A DNA stretch of 15,463 bases, taken from the NCBI GenBank assembly GCA_038231275.1, contig JBBRLQ010000063.1:1-15463 (forward strand), given 5' to 3'. A program made the position numbers and the translations under genes. Numbering within the stretch: position 1 is the first letter of the stretch; every line of letters starts with the position of its first letter. Source of the stretch: Polyangiales bacterium (GTDB taxonomy: Bacteria > Myxococcota_A > Polyangia > Polyangiales > Polyangiaceae). This document shows positions 7,434-15,327 of the stretch, piece after piece. The notes beneath the pieces are model-generated. The model worked only from the letters and a program-made list of their open reading frames with translations. It was not told the DNA's origin and ran no database searches.

Positions 7434-9302
7434 CTAGTCGGAGTACTTCGCCGGCACGGCTGTTTCCGTCGGCCCCTCGTCTTCTGAGGTCAGGTCGGTC
7501 TGCGCGGCTGCGGGCGTCGCGACACGTGCCGATCTTGCGCCGAGCCGTTCCCGCAGGCCTGGCGCGACGGACTCGAGCCAGCCACGCAGCTGCGCATCAT
7601 CGCGGAGGTCCGCTTCGAGCCGGCCGACTTCGTCCTCGGAGGCGCCTTCGGCTACGGCGAGGACGACGTCGGCGAGCATCTCGTCGCGTAGCGAGAGAGG
7701 AAGATCGAGCGTGCGCGTCCGGGCGAGCCGTACAGCGGCGGTAAGATCGCTTGCGCGCGCCGCGGCGACCAGGCCGGCGCGGAAGGTCGCCCGCGCAGCG
7801 AATGCGTAGGTCGGGTGGTCTCGCCCGAGTAGCGCGAGCTCCGCGTCCGACTCTGCCGGTCTGTCGAGGGCGGCAAGCGCGAGGGCTCGGATCTCCACGA
7901 GCTCCGGAATGAGCAGATCGGAGAGCGACGCGCGCACAGCTCCTTTGCGGGTCGCCCGTGCCATGCCGGTGTCGCAGTGACGGATCGTGGTGTCCCACTG
8001 CGCTCGTCGCTCGGCCAGCCGTGCCAATGAAAGCTCCGCCGTCGCAGCGAGCGCGTCGAGTTGGCTTGCCGCCGTGCTCGCAAGCTCTACGGCCGCGAGC
8101 GTCTCGTCGCCGCGTGCGATGGCGACCTCCGCTCTCAGGATCCGTCGCGACCCGCGTCGATTGCGCCGAACCAGCGTCGCGAAGAGGGCCACGCCGATGA
8201 GGAGCCCACCGCCGAGCAGGGGGACAAATGGCTCCACGGTCAGCTCCGTTTGTTGCGCGGGCCTCGCGGTGCGAACCGGCGCAGCTCGGGGCAACACCAA
8301 TTGCCCGATCCCAACGAACCCTACGAGGAGCACTGCCAGGATCGCGAGTTGCGGGCGCGAGGCGCCCATCGGATCCCGACCCTTCCGCGCATCGCGCGCG
8401 CGCTCGAGGTCGCGCATGACGTTGGCGGCGGGAGCTGGGGCCTCATGGGCCTCTGCGACCGCCGCGTATCGCTCCGCCATGACGAAGCCGGCGGCGCCTG
8501 GAGCGAGCTTCGCGACCCACGCGACGACTCGGCCTTCTTCTGTCGTCTCATCGGGGCGGGCGGCTTCGCGATACACGCTCTTCGGGCGCGCGCGCGCCAT
8601 TTGGCGAAGCGCGCGGAATAGTGTCCGCTCGCGCGGGGTAAGCCAGTCGAGCACGCGTCCGCCGGTTTTTGCGACGTGGTCGGCAAGGGCCGATGTGTCC
8701 GTTCTGGCGAGGAGCATCGCGCGCGTGAGCGCCACGCGTGCGTGGACGGCGGGGCCAGCCGCGTCGCTGGACTCGGCGGCATCCGCATCGCCCGTTGCTT
8801 CATCGTCCCTGCCGAGCGACGCGCACGCAAGCGCACGGAACGAACGCGCGGCGGCGATCTGGCGGTCTTCGAAGTCACGCGTCAGCAGACGAGTTGCGCC
8901 GTCGATGGCAAGTGTAGCGTGCACCACCGCGCCCTCTGCGTCCCCGCGGTAGAGGGCGATCATCGAGCGCTGCATCTCGATAAAACGTGACACATAGGTG
9001 CGCTTCGCGCGCTCGGGGATCTTGTCGAGCAGGGACTCCGCCTCGTCGACATGCCCACGCGTCAGGCGTTCGTAGGCCAGGTTGTTCAGTTGAACGCTGG
9101 GCCCGAGAGTCATGCTCTGGCGGCCGCTCCACGCGAACAGCGCAGCGAACGCCCCAAGCGGGAGTGCCAGCCACGGCGCAACCGCGAAGCCTGCGACGAC
9201 AGCGAGGACAGCCAGTACCGCCGCGAGCACATTGTGCCGCCGCGCAAATCTCTGGACCGGGTGTACGGGAAGGGTGGGTGCAGGCGCTTGCTCGCGTTGC
9301 AT
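7434..9302 (-). CDS. Hypothetical membrane protein with two (TM hairpin + TPR-like helical) modules (622 aa)
   Basis: Long ORF tiling the gap; hydrophobic segments near aa 25-58 and 320-378, each followed by Ala/Leu/Arg-rich TPR-like helices. Confidence 0.8.
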   Translation of the reverse strand: MQREQAPAPTLPVHPVQRFARRHNVLAAVLAVLAVVAGFAVAPWLALPLGAFAALFAWSGRQSMTLGPSVQLNNLAYERLTRGHVDEAESLLDKIPERAKRTYVSRFIEMQRSMIALYRGDAEGAVVHATLAIDGATRLLTRDFEDRQIAAARSFRALACASLGRDDEATGDADAAESSDAAGPAVHARVALTRAMLLARTDTSALADHVAKTGGRVLDWLTPRERTLFRALRQMARARPKSVYREAARPDETTEEGRVVAWVAKLAPGAAGFVMAERYAAVAEAHEAPAPAANVMRDLERARDARKGRDPMGASRPQLAILAVLLVGFVGIGQLVLPRAAPVRTARPAQQTELTVEPFVPLLGGGLLIGVALFATLVRRNRRGSRRILRAEVAIARGDETLAAVELASTAASQLDALAATAELSLARLAERRAQWDTTIRHCDTGMARATRKGAVRASLSDLLIPELVEIRALALAALDRPAESDAELALLGRDHPTYAFAARATFRAGLVAAARASDLTAAVRLARTRTLDLPLSLRDEMLADVVLAVAEGASEDEVGRLEADLRDDAQLRGWLESVAPGLRERLGARSARVATPAAAQTDLTSEDEGPTETAVPAKYSD

Positions 9303-9481
9303 GTCGTCAACCCCAGCGTATCGCCCTCTTCAGTTGGTCGAGCCCATGAAAGCACCTCGCGGGAAACCGCCAAAGAGGCAACGTGATCACGAGCGACGTG
9401 TACGTCACCGCAGACGGCGCATCAGTCTTTGCCTGACTTCGCAGACGTCCCGGCGAGACCGCGTGCGCTCGCCAGTTGCGT

Positions 9482-9487
9482 TAGACT
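9482..9487 (+). promoter_or_regulatory. Candidate -10 element (TAGACT) of a leaderless transcript
   Basis: TANNNT hexamer 6 nt before the ATG at 9494; no SD sequence upstream. Confidence 0.45.
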
Positions 9488-9493
9488 CGCTCC

Positions 9494-12427
9494 ATGCGAC
9501 TGCGCGTGTTGCCGCTGGTGCTGGTCGCGGTGACGGTGATCGGCCTCGTGTCCACGCTCCACCGTGCGAGCGGTGAGAGTGCTCGGCGCTCGTGGGTGTC
9601 GGTGGGAGCCCCATCGGTCTCCCCCGAGCATGCCGTCGACGCTCCGGCGCTGGGCGGAGCGATTGTTGCGGAAGACGATCTCCTGGCGTGCGCGTCGACG
9701 ACATGTCTCGCGGTTTGGAACGAGCTGAACGTCGCCACGTTCGCGATTCGAATTGGCGCTGACGGAGTTCCGTTGGACCCGCAGCCGACGATGCTCACAA
9801 CGGCGTCGATCAATGATCTTCGGGTCGCGTCGGACGGCTCGAATTTTCTCGTCGCGTGGGGCAGCCAAAGCGGACACTTTGCCCTCCGCGTCAGTGCTGC
9901 GACGGGTGCCGCGCTCGATTCGGCTCCGATCCAAGTGACGGATCGAATGCAGTTCGGGTTCGACCTCGCGTCGGACGGGATCAACTATCTTCTTGTCTGG
10001 TCCGATCCGGTGCCAAACGAGTGGATCCGCGGCGCGCGAATTGCCGCGGCGAATGGAGCGCTCCTCGATGGGCCGCCCACCGGGGGAGGTTTCCTGATTT
10101 CGAGCGCGGGCTCCAATCAGGAGTTTCCGAGCCTTGCGTTCGACGGCACGAATTACGTCACGGCCTGGAGGGACTCACGCGGCGCGACGTACTCGATTTA
10201 CGCGGCCCGAGTGCGCCCCGATGGGTCTCTCGTCGACGGGAATGCAGCGACCGGTGGCGTGCAGGTCGCGCCCCAGCCCGCCCCGCCCGAGTCCGTCGAG
10301 CAAGCCAAGCTCGCAACCGGAGTAGGCCGCGACTTGGTCTGCTGGCTGCACCTGTACGGCGGCCCGCCGCCGACCAAGAACGCGCCTGTCGAGTGCCGAA
10401 GGCTTCAGCAGGCGAACCTCACGCCTCTCGATCCAATTGCACTCGTGGTGTCACCCCCAACGCGGGTCGGCGGGTACATCGTGGCGTCGGATGGTGCCGA
10501 CTTCCTCGTCGCGCACAACGATACGCTGGACGGATTCGTCGGTCCGGTCGTGGCCCGTCGCCTTCGCGGCGCGGACGGTGTGCTGCTCGACCCCTTGAAT
10601 TCCGCTCCGCGAATCCTCGACCCGGTCGGAGTGCCAGGCGGAGCCGTATTCGTCGGGGGGAACTACCTCGTCGCGTACGGGAGCCAGATCTACCAGCCGG
10701 CGTTCGAGGAATTCACCGCTCGCGTGCGACCCGCCGACGGAGTGATCTTGAATCCGGGAGGCGTGCTCGTTTCCCGTGGCAAGAACGCCGAGTCCTATCG
10801 AAGCTCGTGGAACACTCAAGCCGCAGGCTCCGACGGGGCGAACTTCTTCGTCGCCTGGAACGACACCCGCGTGCCGGGCCTCGACGGGGATCTTCTCGGC
10901 GAGCGTATCGATGGCAAGACGCTGCTTGCGATCGACGCGACGCCCGTGGCGATAGGAACGGGCACACGCTCTCAGGACGCACCGGCCGTCGCGTTCGACG
11001 GCAAAGACTATCTGGTCGCCTGGCAAACGTACCGGACCTACCCGCCCGGCGCTCCGAGCTTTGTCTTCGCGTCACGCGTCTCTGCAACAACGGGCGCGGT
11101 CCTCGACGGCCCCGCCGGTCTCGCGCTCGGATCCGGGTACACGCCGACGGCGGCGTGCGACCTGGGCAACTGCCTCGTGAGCTTCATCGACGGCAACGGC
11201 ACCGGGTCCGCGATCGTCGGCAAGCGAATTCGCGCCCAGGACGGCGTCATTCTGGACAGCGCTGTCATCGCGATCGCCAGCGACACCACTAGCAACTTCG
11301 GCAGCGCGTCCGACGGAGCCAATTTCATGGTCGTCTCCGCGTTAGGTACGTCCGTCCGTGCCCGCCGCGTCCGATCGGCGGATGGCGCGGTGCTCGACCC
11401 GAACGGGATTCTCATCGCAGACGGCGGCAGCCCTTCGTGTCCGTCGGCGAGCTTCGACGGCACGAACTTCTTCGTGACCTGGGGGGACTACGGATCGGGC
11501 GCGGTGCGCGCCGCTCGCGTGGCACGCGATGGAACGCTGCTCGACGGTCCTCCCACGGCGCTTGGAATACGAATCGCGACCGGTCAGTGCCCCATTTCGA
11601 CCTCGTTCGACGGCAAGAGTCACGTCATCGCATGGGTCACGGAACCGACCGTCCGTGGCGGCCGCGTCACGAAGGAAGGCGTTCTTCTCGACCCCGCACC
11701 GGACGGCGGTGTCGGCGGCTTTCCGATCGCCGCGCCGACGGGGGCCCCAGTGAGTCTCGGTGGGACCGCAGGCAACGCGGCCGGTCGCGCCCTCATCGCC
11801 TACTCGTACTCGGTTGCGACGCCGCTCCCCGCCAAGGATCGCGTCTTCGTTCGCGCCGTCGACGACGATCTCGGTGTCACGTGCGGGGCGGTCGCGAGCT
11901 GCAGCAGCGGATTTTGCGTCGACGGTGTCTGCTGCGACTCGACGTGCGGAGGAGGCAGCGCAACGGATTGCATCGCGTGCAGCGTGGCCACTGGAGCGGC
12001 GGCCGACGGCGTATGTGGCCCCGTCGCGTCGTCGCGCGTGTGTCGCCCGTCCGTCGTCACGTGCGTGCTCGACGCAAAGTGCGACGGCGTCTCGAGCGTC
12101 TGCCCTGCGAACTCGCCCGCACCGCCAGGCTCCCCGTGCCCCGGCGGCGCCTGCATAGGGGGCAGTTGCGTTGCCGACGCAGGTGTCGGGGATGCTGCAC
12201 CGAATGATGCCGCCAGCGGCGGGGGAGATGACGACGCGTCGCTGAACGACGCCGCCGGCGACAGCTCCGACGCACCCAACGACGGCGGAGGCGGATCCGG
12301 TGAACAAGGTGGCTGCGGTTGTAGGCTTGCGCCGCTCGCAACGGCGCAGACTCACGGCGGGCTCGCCGGGCTTCTGGTGGCGATGGGTCTCGCGGTCCGT
12401 CGCCGCCGTTGCTACCGTCGCCGCTAG
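9494..12427 (+). CDS. Cell-surface protein: signal peptide, about 14 beta-propeller-like repeats, Cys-rich region, MYXO-CTERM-type sorting signal (977 aa)
   Basis: N-terminal MRLRVLPLVLVAVTVIGLV; repeats of [SF]DGxN[FY]LVxW...R[VI]xxxDGxxLD; CSSGFCVDGVCCDSTCGG; acidic DA-rich linker; C-terminal GGCGCR + hydrophobic helix + RRRR. Confidence 0.88.
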   Translation: MRLRVLPLVLVAVTVIGLVSTLHRASGESARRSWVSVGAPSVSPEHAVDAPALGGAIVAEDDLLACASTTCLAVWNELNVATFAIRIGADGVPLDPQPTMLTTASINDLRVASDGSNFLVAWGSQSGHFALRVSAATGAALDSAPIQVTDRMQFGFDLASDGINYLLVWSDPVPNEWIRGARIAAANGALLDGPPTGGGFLISSAGSNQEFPSLAFDGTNYVTAWRDSRGATYSIYAARVRPDGSLVDGNAATGGVQVAPQPAPPESVEQAKLATGVGRDLVCWLHLYGGPPPTKNAPVECRRLQQANLTPLDPIALVVSPPTRVGGYIVASDGADFLVAHNDTLDGFVGPVVARRLRGADGVLLDPLNSAPRILDPVGVPGGAVFVGGNYLVAYGSQIYQPAFEEFTARVRPADGVILNPGGVLVSRGKNAESYRSSWNTQAAGSDGANFFVAWNDTRVPGLDGDLLGERIDGKTLLAIDATPVAIGTGTRSQDAPAVAFDGKDYLVAWQTYRTYPPGAPSFVFASRVSATTGAVLDGPAGLALGSGYTPTAACDLGNCLVSFIDGNGTGSAIVGKRIRAQDGVILDSAVIAIASDTTSNFGSASDGANFMVVSALGTSVRARRVRSADGAVLDPNGILIADGGSPSCPSASFDGTNFFVTWGDYGSGAVRAARVARDGTLLDGPPTALGIRIATGQCPISTSFDGKSHVIAWVTEPTVRGGRVTKEGVLLDPAPDGGVGGFPIAAPTGAPVSLGGTAGNAAGRALIAYSYSVATPLPAKDRVFVRAVDDDLGVTCGAVASCSSGFCVDGVCCDSTCGGGSATDCIACSVATGAAADGVCGPVASSRVCRPSVVTCVLDAKCDGVSSVCPANSPAPPGSPCPGGACIGGSCVADAGVGDAAPNDAASGGGDDDASLNDAAGDSSDAPNDGGGGSGEQGGCGCRLAPLATAQTHGGLAGLLVAMGLAVRRRRCYRRR

Positions 12428-12430
12428 CTC

Positions 12431-13858
12431 ATGCCGACGACGTCCGACATCGTTCAGAAGCTCTGGAACCTGTGCAACGTCCTCCGCGACGACGGGATCA
12501 CGTACCACGAGTACGTCACCGAGCTGACCTACCTCCTCTTCCTCAAGATGGCGAAGGAGACGGACCGCGAGAAGGAGCTCCCGAAGGGCTACCGCTGGGA
12601 CGACGTCAGCAAGCTCGAAGGCCAGGAGCTCCTCGTCTTCTACAAGGCGCTCCTCCTGCACCTCGGCAGCCACGGGTCGCCCCGCGTGCAGGCGATCTTC
12701 GCGGACGCGCAGACGTCGTTCCGGCATGCGCGGCACCTGCACACGGTCGTCACGTCGATCGACGCGCTCGAGTGGTACGTCGCGAAGGAGGACGGGCTCG
12801 GCGATCTGTACGAGGGCCTCCTCCAGAAGAACGCCGAGGAGACCAAGAGCGGCGCGGGCCAGTACTTCACGCCGCGCGCGCTCATCGACGCCATGGTCGC
12901 GCTCGTGAAGCCGGCCGTCGGCGAGCGCGTGCAGGATCCGGCGGCGGGCACCGGCGGCTTCCTCGTCAACGCCGACCGCTACGTGCGCGCGCAGACCGAC
13001 CACTACGATTTGAAGACCGCGCAGCAGGAGTTCCAGCGGCGCGAGGCGTTCACCGGCATGGAGCTCGTCCCCGACGTGCAGCGCCTCGCGCTCATGAACG
13101 CGATGCTCCACGGCATGGAGGGCGACATCGCGCTCGGCGACACGCTCGGCCCGAGCGGCGCGCGCCTCGGCAAGGTCGACGTCATCCTCACGAACCCGCC
13201 GTTCGGCACGAAGAAGGGCGGGGGAGGCCCGACGCGCGACGACATCACGTACCCGACGAGCAACAAGCAGCTCGTCTTCCTCCAGCACATCTACCGCGGC
13301 CTCGTCACCACCGGGCGCGGCCGCGCCGCGGTGGTGCTACCGGACAACGTGCTCTTCGAGGAGGGCGTCGGCCAGAAGGTCCGCGCGGACCTGATGGATA
13401 AGTGCGATCTGCACACGATTTTGAGGCTCCCGACCGGGATTTTCTACGCGCAGGGCGTGAAGACGAACGTGCTCTTCTTCACGCGCGGCGCGAAGGACAA
13501 GGCGAACACGAAGGCCGTCTGGTTCTTCGACATGCGCACGAACATGCCGTCGTTCGGCAAGCGGACGCCGTTCACGCGCGCGCACTTCGCGGAGTTCGAG
13601 AAGGCGTTCGGCGACGACCCGCTGGGGAAGAGTAAACGAAAGGACGGTGGCGAGACGGGCCGCTTCCGCAAGTTCACGCGCGAGGAGATCGCGAAGCGGG
13701 GCGACAACCTGGACATCAGTTGGCTGAAGGACGACAGCGTGACGGACCACGCGGATTTGCCGGAGCCGGGGGAGATCGCGGCGGAGATCGTGGCGCAGCT
13801 TCAGACGGCGATGGAGGAGATGCAAGGACTCCAGAAGGAACTCGGGAGCAGCACGTGA
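12431..13858 (+). CDS. hsdM: Type I R-M N6-adenine methyltransferase subunit (475 aa)
   Basis: IVQKLWNLCNVLRDDGI N-terminus (EcoKI-like), GAGQYFTPR, motif I DPAAGTGGF, motif IV NPPF, LRLPTGIFYAQGVKTNVLFF. Confidence 0.97.
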   Translation: MPTTSDIVQKLWNLCNVLRDDGITYHEYVTELTYLLFLKMAKETDREKELPKGYRWDDVSKLEGQELLVFYKALLLHLGSHGSPRVQAIFADAQTSFRHARHLHTVVTSIDALEWYVAKEDGLGDLYEGLLQKNAEETKSGAGQYFTPRALIDAMVALVKPAVGERVQDPAAGTGGFLVNADRYVRAQTDHYDLKTAQQEFQRREAFTGMELVPDVQRLALMNAMLHGMEGDIALGDTLGPSGARLGKVDVILTNPPFGTKKGGGGPTRDDITYPTSNKQLVFLQHIYRGLVTTGRGRAAVVLPDNVLFEEGVGQKVRADLMDKCDLHTILRLPTGIFYAQGVKTNVLFFTRGAKDKANTKAVWFFDMRTNMPSFGKRTPFTRAHFAEFEKAFGDDPLGKSKRKDGGETGRFRKFTREEIAKRGDNLDISWLKDDSVTDHADLPEPGEIAAEIVAQLQTAMEEMQGLQKELGSST

Positions 13859-15327
13859 GCGATCAGCTTCCTCGTGGGTGGACGAAGGTCGGGCTCCGTG
13901 ACCTTGTCGGCGATGGGGTGTTCGCCGACGGCGACTGGGTTGAGTCAAAGGACCAGGACCCCAGCGGCGCGATCCGTCTGATTCAGCTGGCTGACGTCGG
14001 TGTTGGGAGGTTCGTGGACAAGTCTTCGCGCTTTCTTACGGAGGAGAAGGCCGAAAAGCTCGGCTGTACGTACCTCGCGCCCGGCGACGTCCTCGTTTCT
14101 CGCATGGCAGACCCGATCGGGAGGGCGTGCGTGTTCCCAGGAACGTCCCGGCGCTGCGTGACCGTCGTCGACGTCTGCATCGTTCGACCCGGTAGGGCGC
14201 GTGCCGACCCAAAGTGGCTCACCGGCGCGATCAATTCTCCGCAGTTTCGCCGCGGCGTGGAACTCGCGGCGAGTGGAACAACACGCAGTCGCGTCTCGCG
14301 TAGCAACCTAGGTGCTCTGGAACTGCCGGTTCCTCCCATCAACGAACAGCGCCGCATCGTCGCCAAGCTCGAAGCCCTCCAGTCCCGCAGCCGGCGCGCG
14401 CGCGAGGCGCTCGAGGCCGTGCCGACGCTGCTCGAGAAGCTGCGTCAGTCGATCCTCGCGGCGGCCTTCCGCGGCGACCTCACGAAGGACTGGCGCGCGA
14501 AGCACAAGGACGTCGAGCCCGCGAGCGTGCTGCTCGCGCGCATCCGGGCGGAGCGGCGGAAGAAGTGGGAGGAGGCGGAGTTCGCGAAGATGCGGGCGAA
14601 GGGGAAGGCGCCGGGGGATGACCGGTGGAAGGGGAAGTACAGGGAGCCGGAGGCGGTGGATGCGAGCGGTCTCCCGGAACTGCCGAAGGGGTGGTGTTGG
14701 GCGAGCGTTGACGATCTGTCCGAGCTTCAGCTCGGACAACAACGCGCTCCGGTACACGCGGCCGCCAAAGAGACCCACCCGTACGTTCGGACCGCGAATA
14801 TCACGTGGCGCGGGCTCGACCTGTCAGACGTCAAGCGAATGGGCTTTCCCGACCTCGAACGCTACCTCCTTCGGCCCGGTGACGTCCTCTTGAGTGAGGC
14901 GTCGGGAAGCCCCACAGAAGTGGGCAAGCCGGCGATCTGGCGCGGCGAGATACCGGGCTGCTGCTACCAGAAGACTCTCCTTCGTGCCCGGCCTGTTTCG
15001 GGCAGCGTATCGAGCGAATGGCTCTACCTCTCCTTCCTCGCCGACGCACTCCTGGGTCGGTTCGCACGCATGGCGCCCGGTGTCGGGATCCTGCACCTTA
15101 CCGCAGACCGCATGCTGTCCTGGCCAGTCGCCATCGCGCCGAACGAGGAACAGCCGCGCTTGCTCGAGGTCACAGTGGCCGCGCTCGCTGCCGCGGACCA
15201 GCAAGAGGGGCCGATGAATGAGGTACTGGCACGAGTTGACGGGTTGGAGCGAGCGATTCTCGCCAAATCCTTCCGTGGAAAACTCGTTCTTCAGGATCCC
15301 GCGGACGAGCCCGCAGAGGCGATGTGA
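13855..15327 (+). CDS. hsdS: Type I R-M specificity subunit with two TRDs, C-terminal tail clipped by IS (490 aa)
   Basis: GTG start overlapping the hsdM stop (GTGA); LPRGW-TRD1-PVPPINEQRRIV...ILAAAFRGDL; LPKGW-TRD2-PNEEQ...ILAKSFRGKLVLQDPADEPA; the stop TGA (15325-15327) lies in the IS end. Confidence 0.93.
   Translation: MSDQLPRGWTKVGLRDLVGDGVFADGDWVESKDQDPSGAIRLIQLADVGVGRFVDKSSRFLTEEKAEKLGCTYLAPGDVLVSRMADPIGRACVFPGTSRRCVTVVDVCIVRPGRARADPKWLTGAINSPQFRRGVELAASGTTRSRVSRSNLGALELPVPPINEQRRIVAKLEALQSRSRRAREALEAVPTLLEKLRQSILAAAFRGDLTKDWRAKHKDVEPASVLLARIRAERRKKWEEAEFAKMRAKGKAPGDDRWKGKYREPEAVDASGLPELPKGWCWASVDDLSELQLGQQRAPVHAAAKETHPYVRTANITWRGLDLSDVKRMGFPDLERYLLRPGDVLLSEASGSPTEVGKPAIWRGEIPGCCYQKTLLRARPVSGSVSSEWLYLSFLADALLGRFARMAPGVGILHLTADRMLSWPVAIAPNEEQPRLLEVTVAALAAADQQEGPMNEVLARVDGLERAILAKSFRGKLVLQDPADEPAEAM

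Noticed and set aside
9494..12427. Calling the surface protein TraA
   Set aside because: Shares only Cys-richness and the sorting tag; no evident PA14-like domain and no adjacent OmpA-domain traB.
7108..12430. Cargo genes as integron cassettes or a transposon/prophage
   Set aside because: No attC-like sites, integrase, terminal inverted repeats or TSD seen; spacers of 4, 7 and 3 bp leave no room, and orientations are mixed.
13855..15327. Phase variation of hsdS by inversion or simple sequence repeats
   Set aside because: No second hsdS, recombinase, internal inverted repeats or tandem-repeat tract seen in the window.
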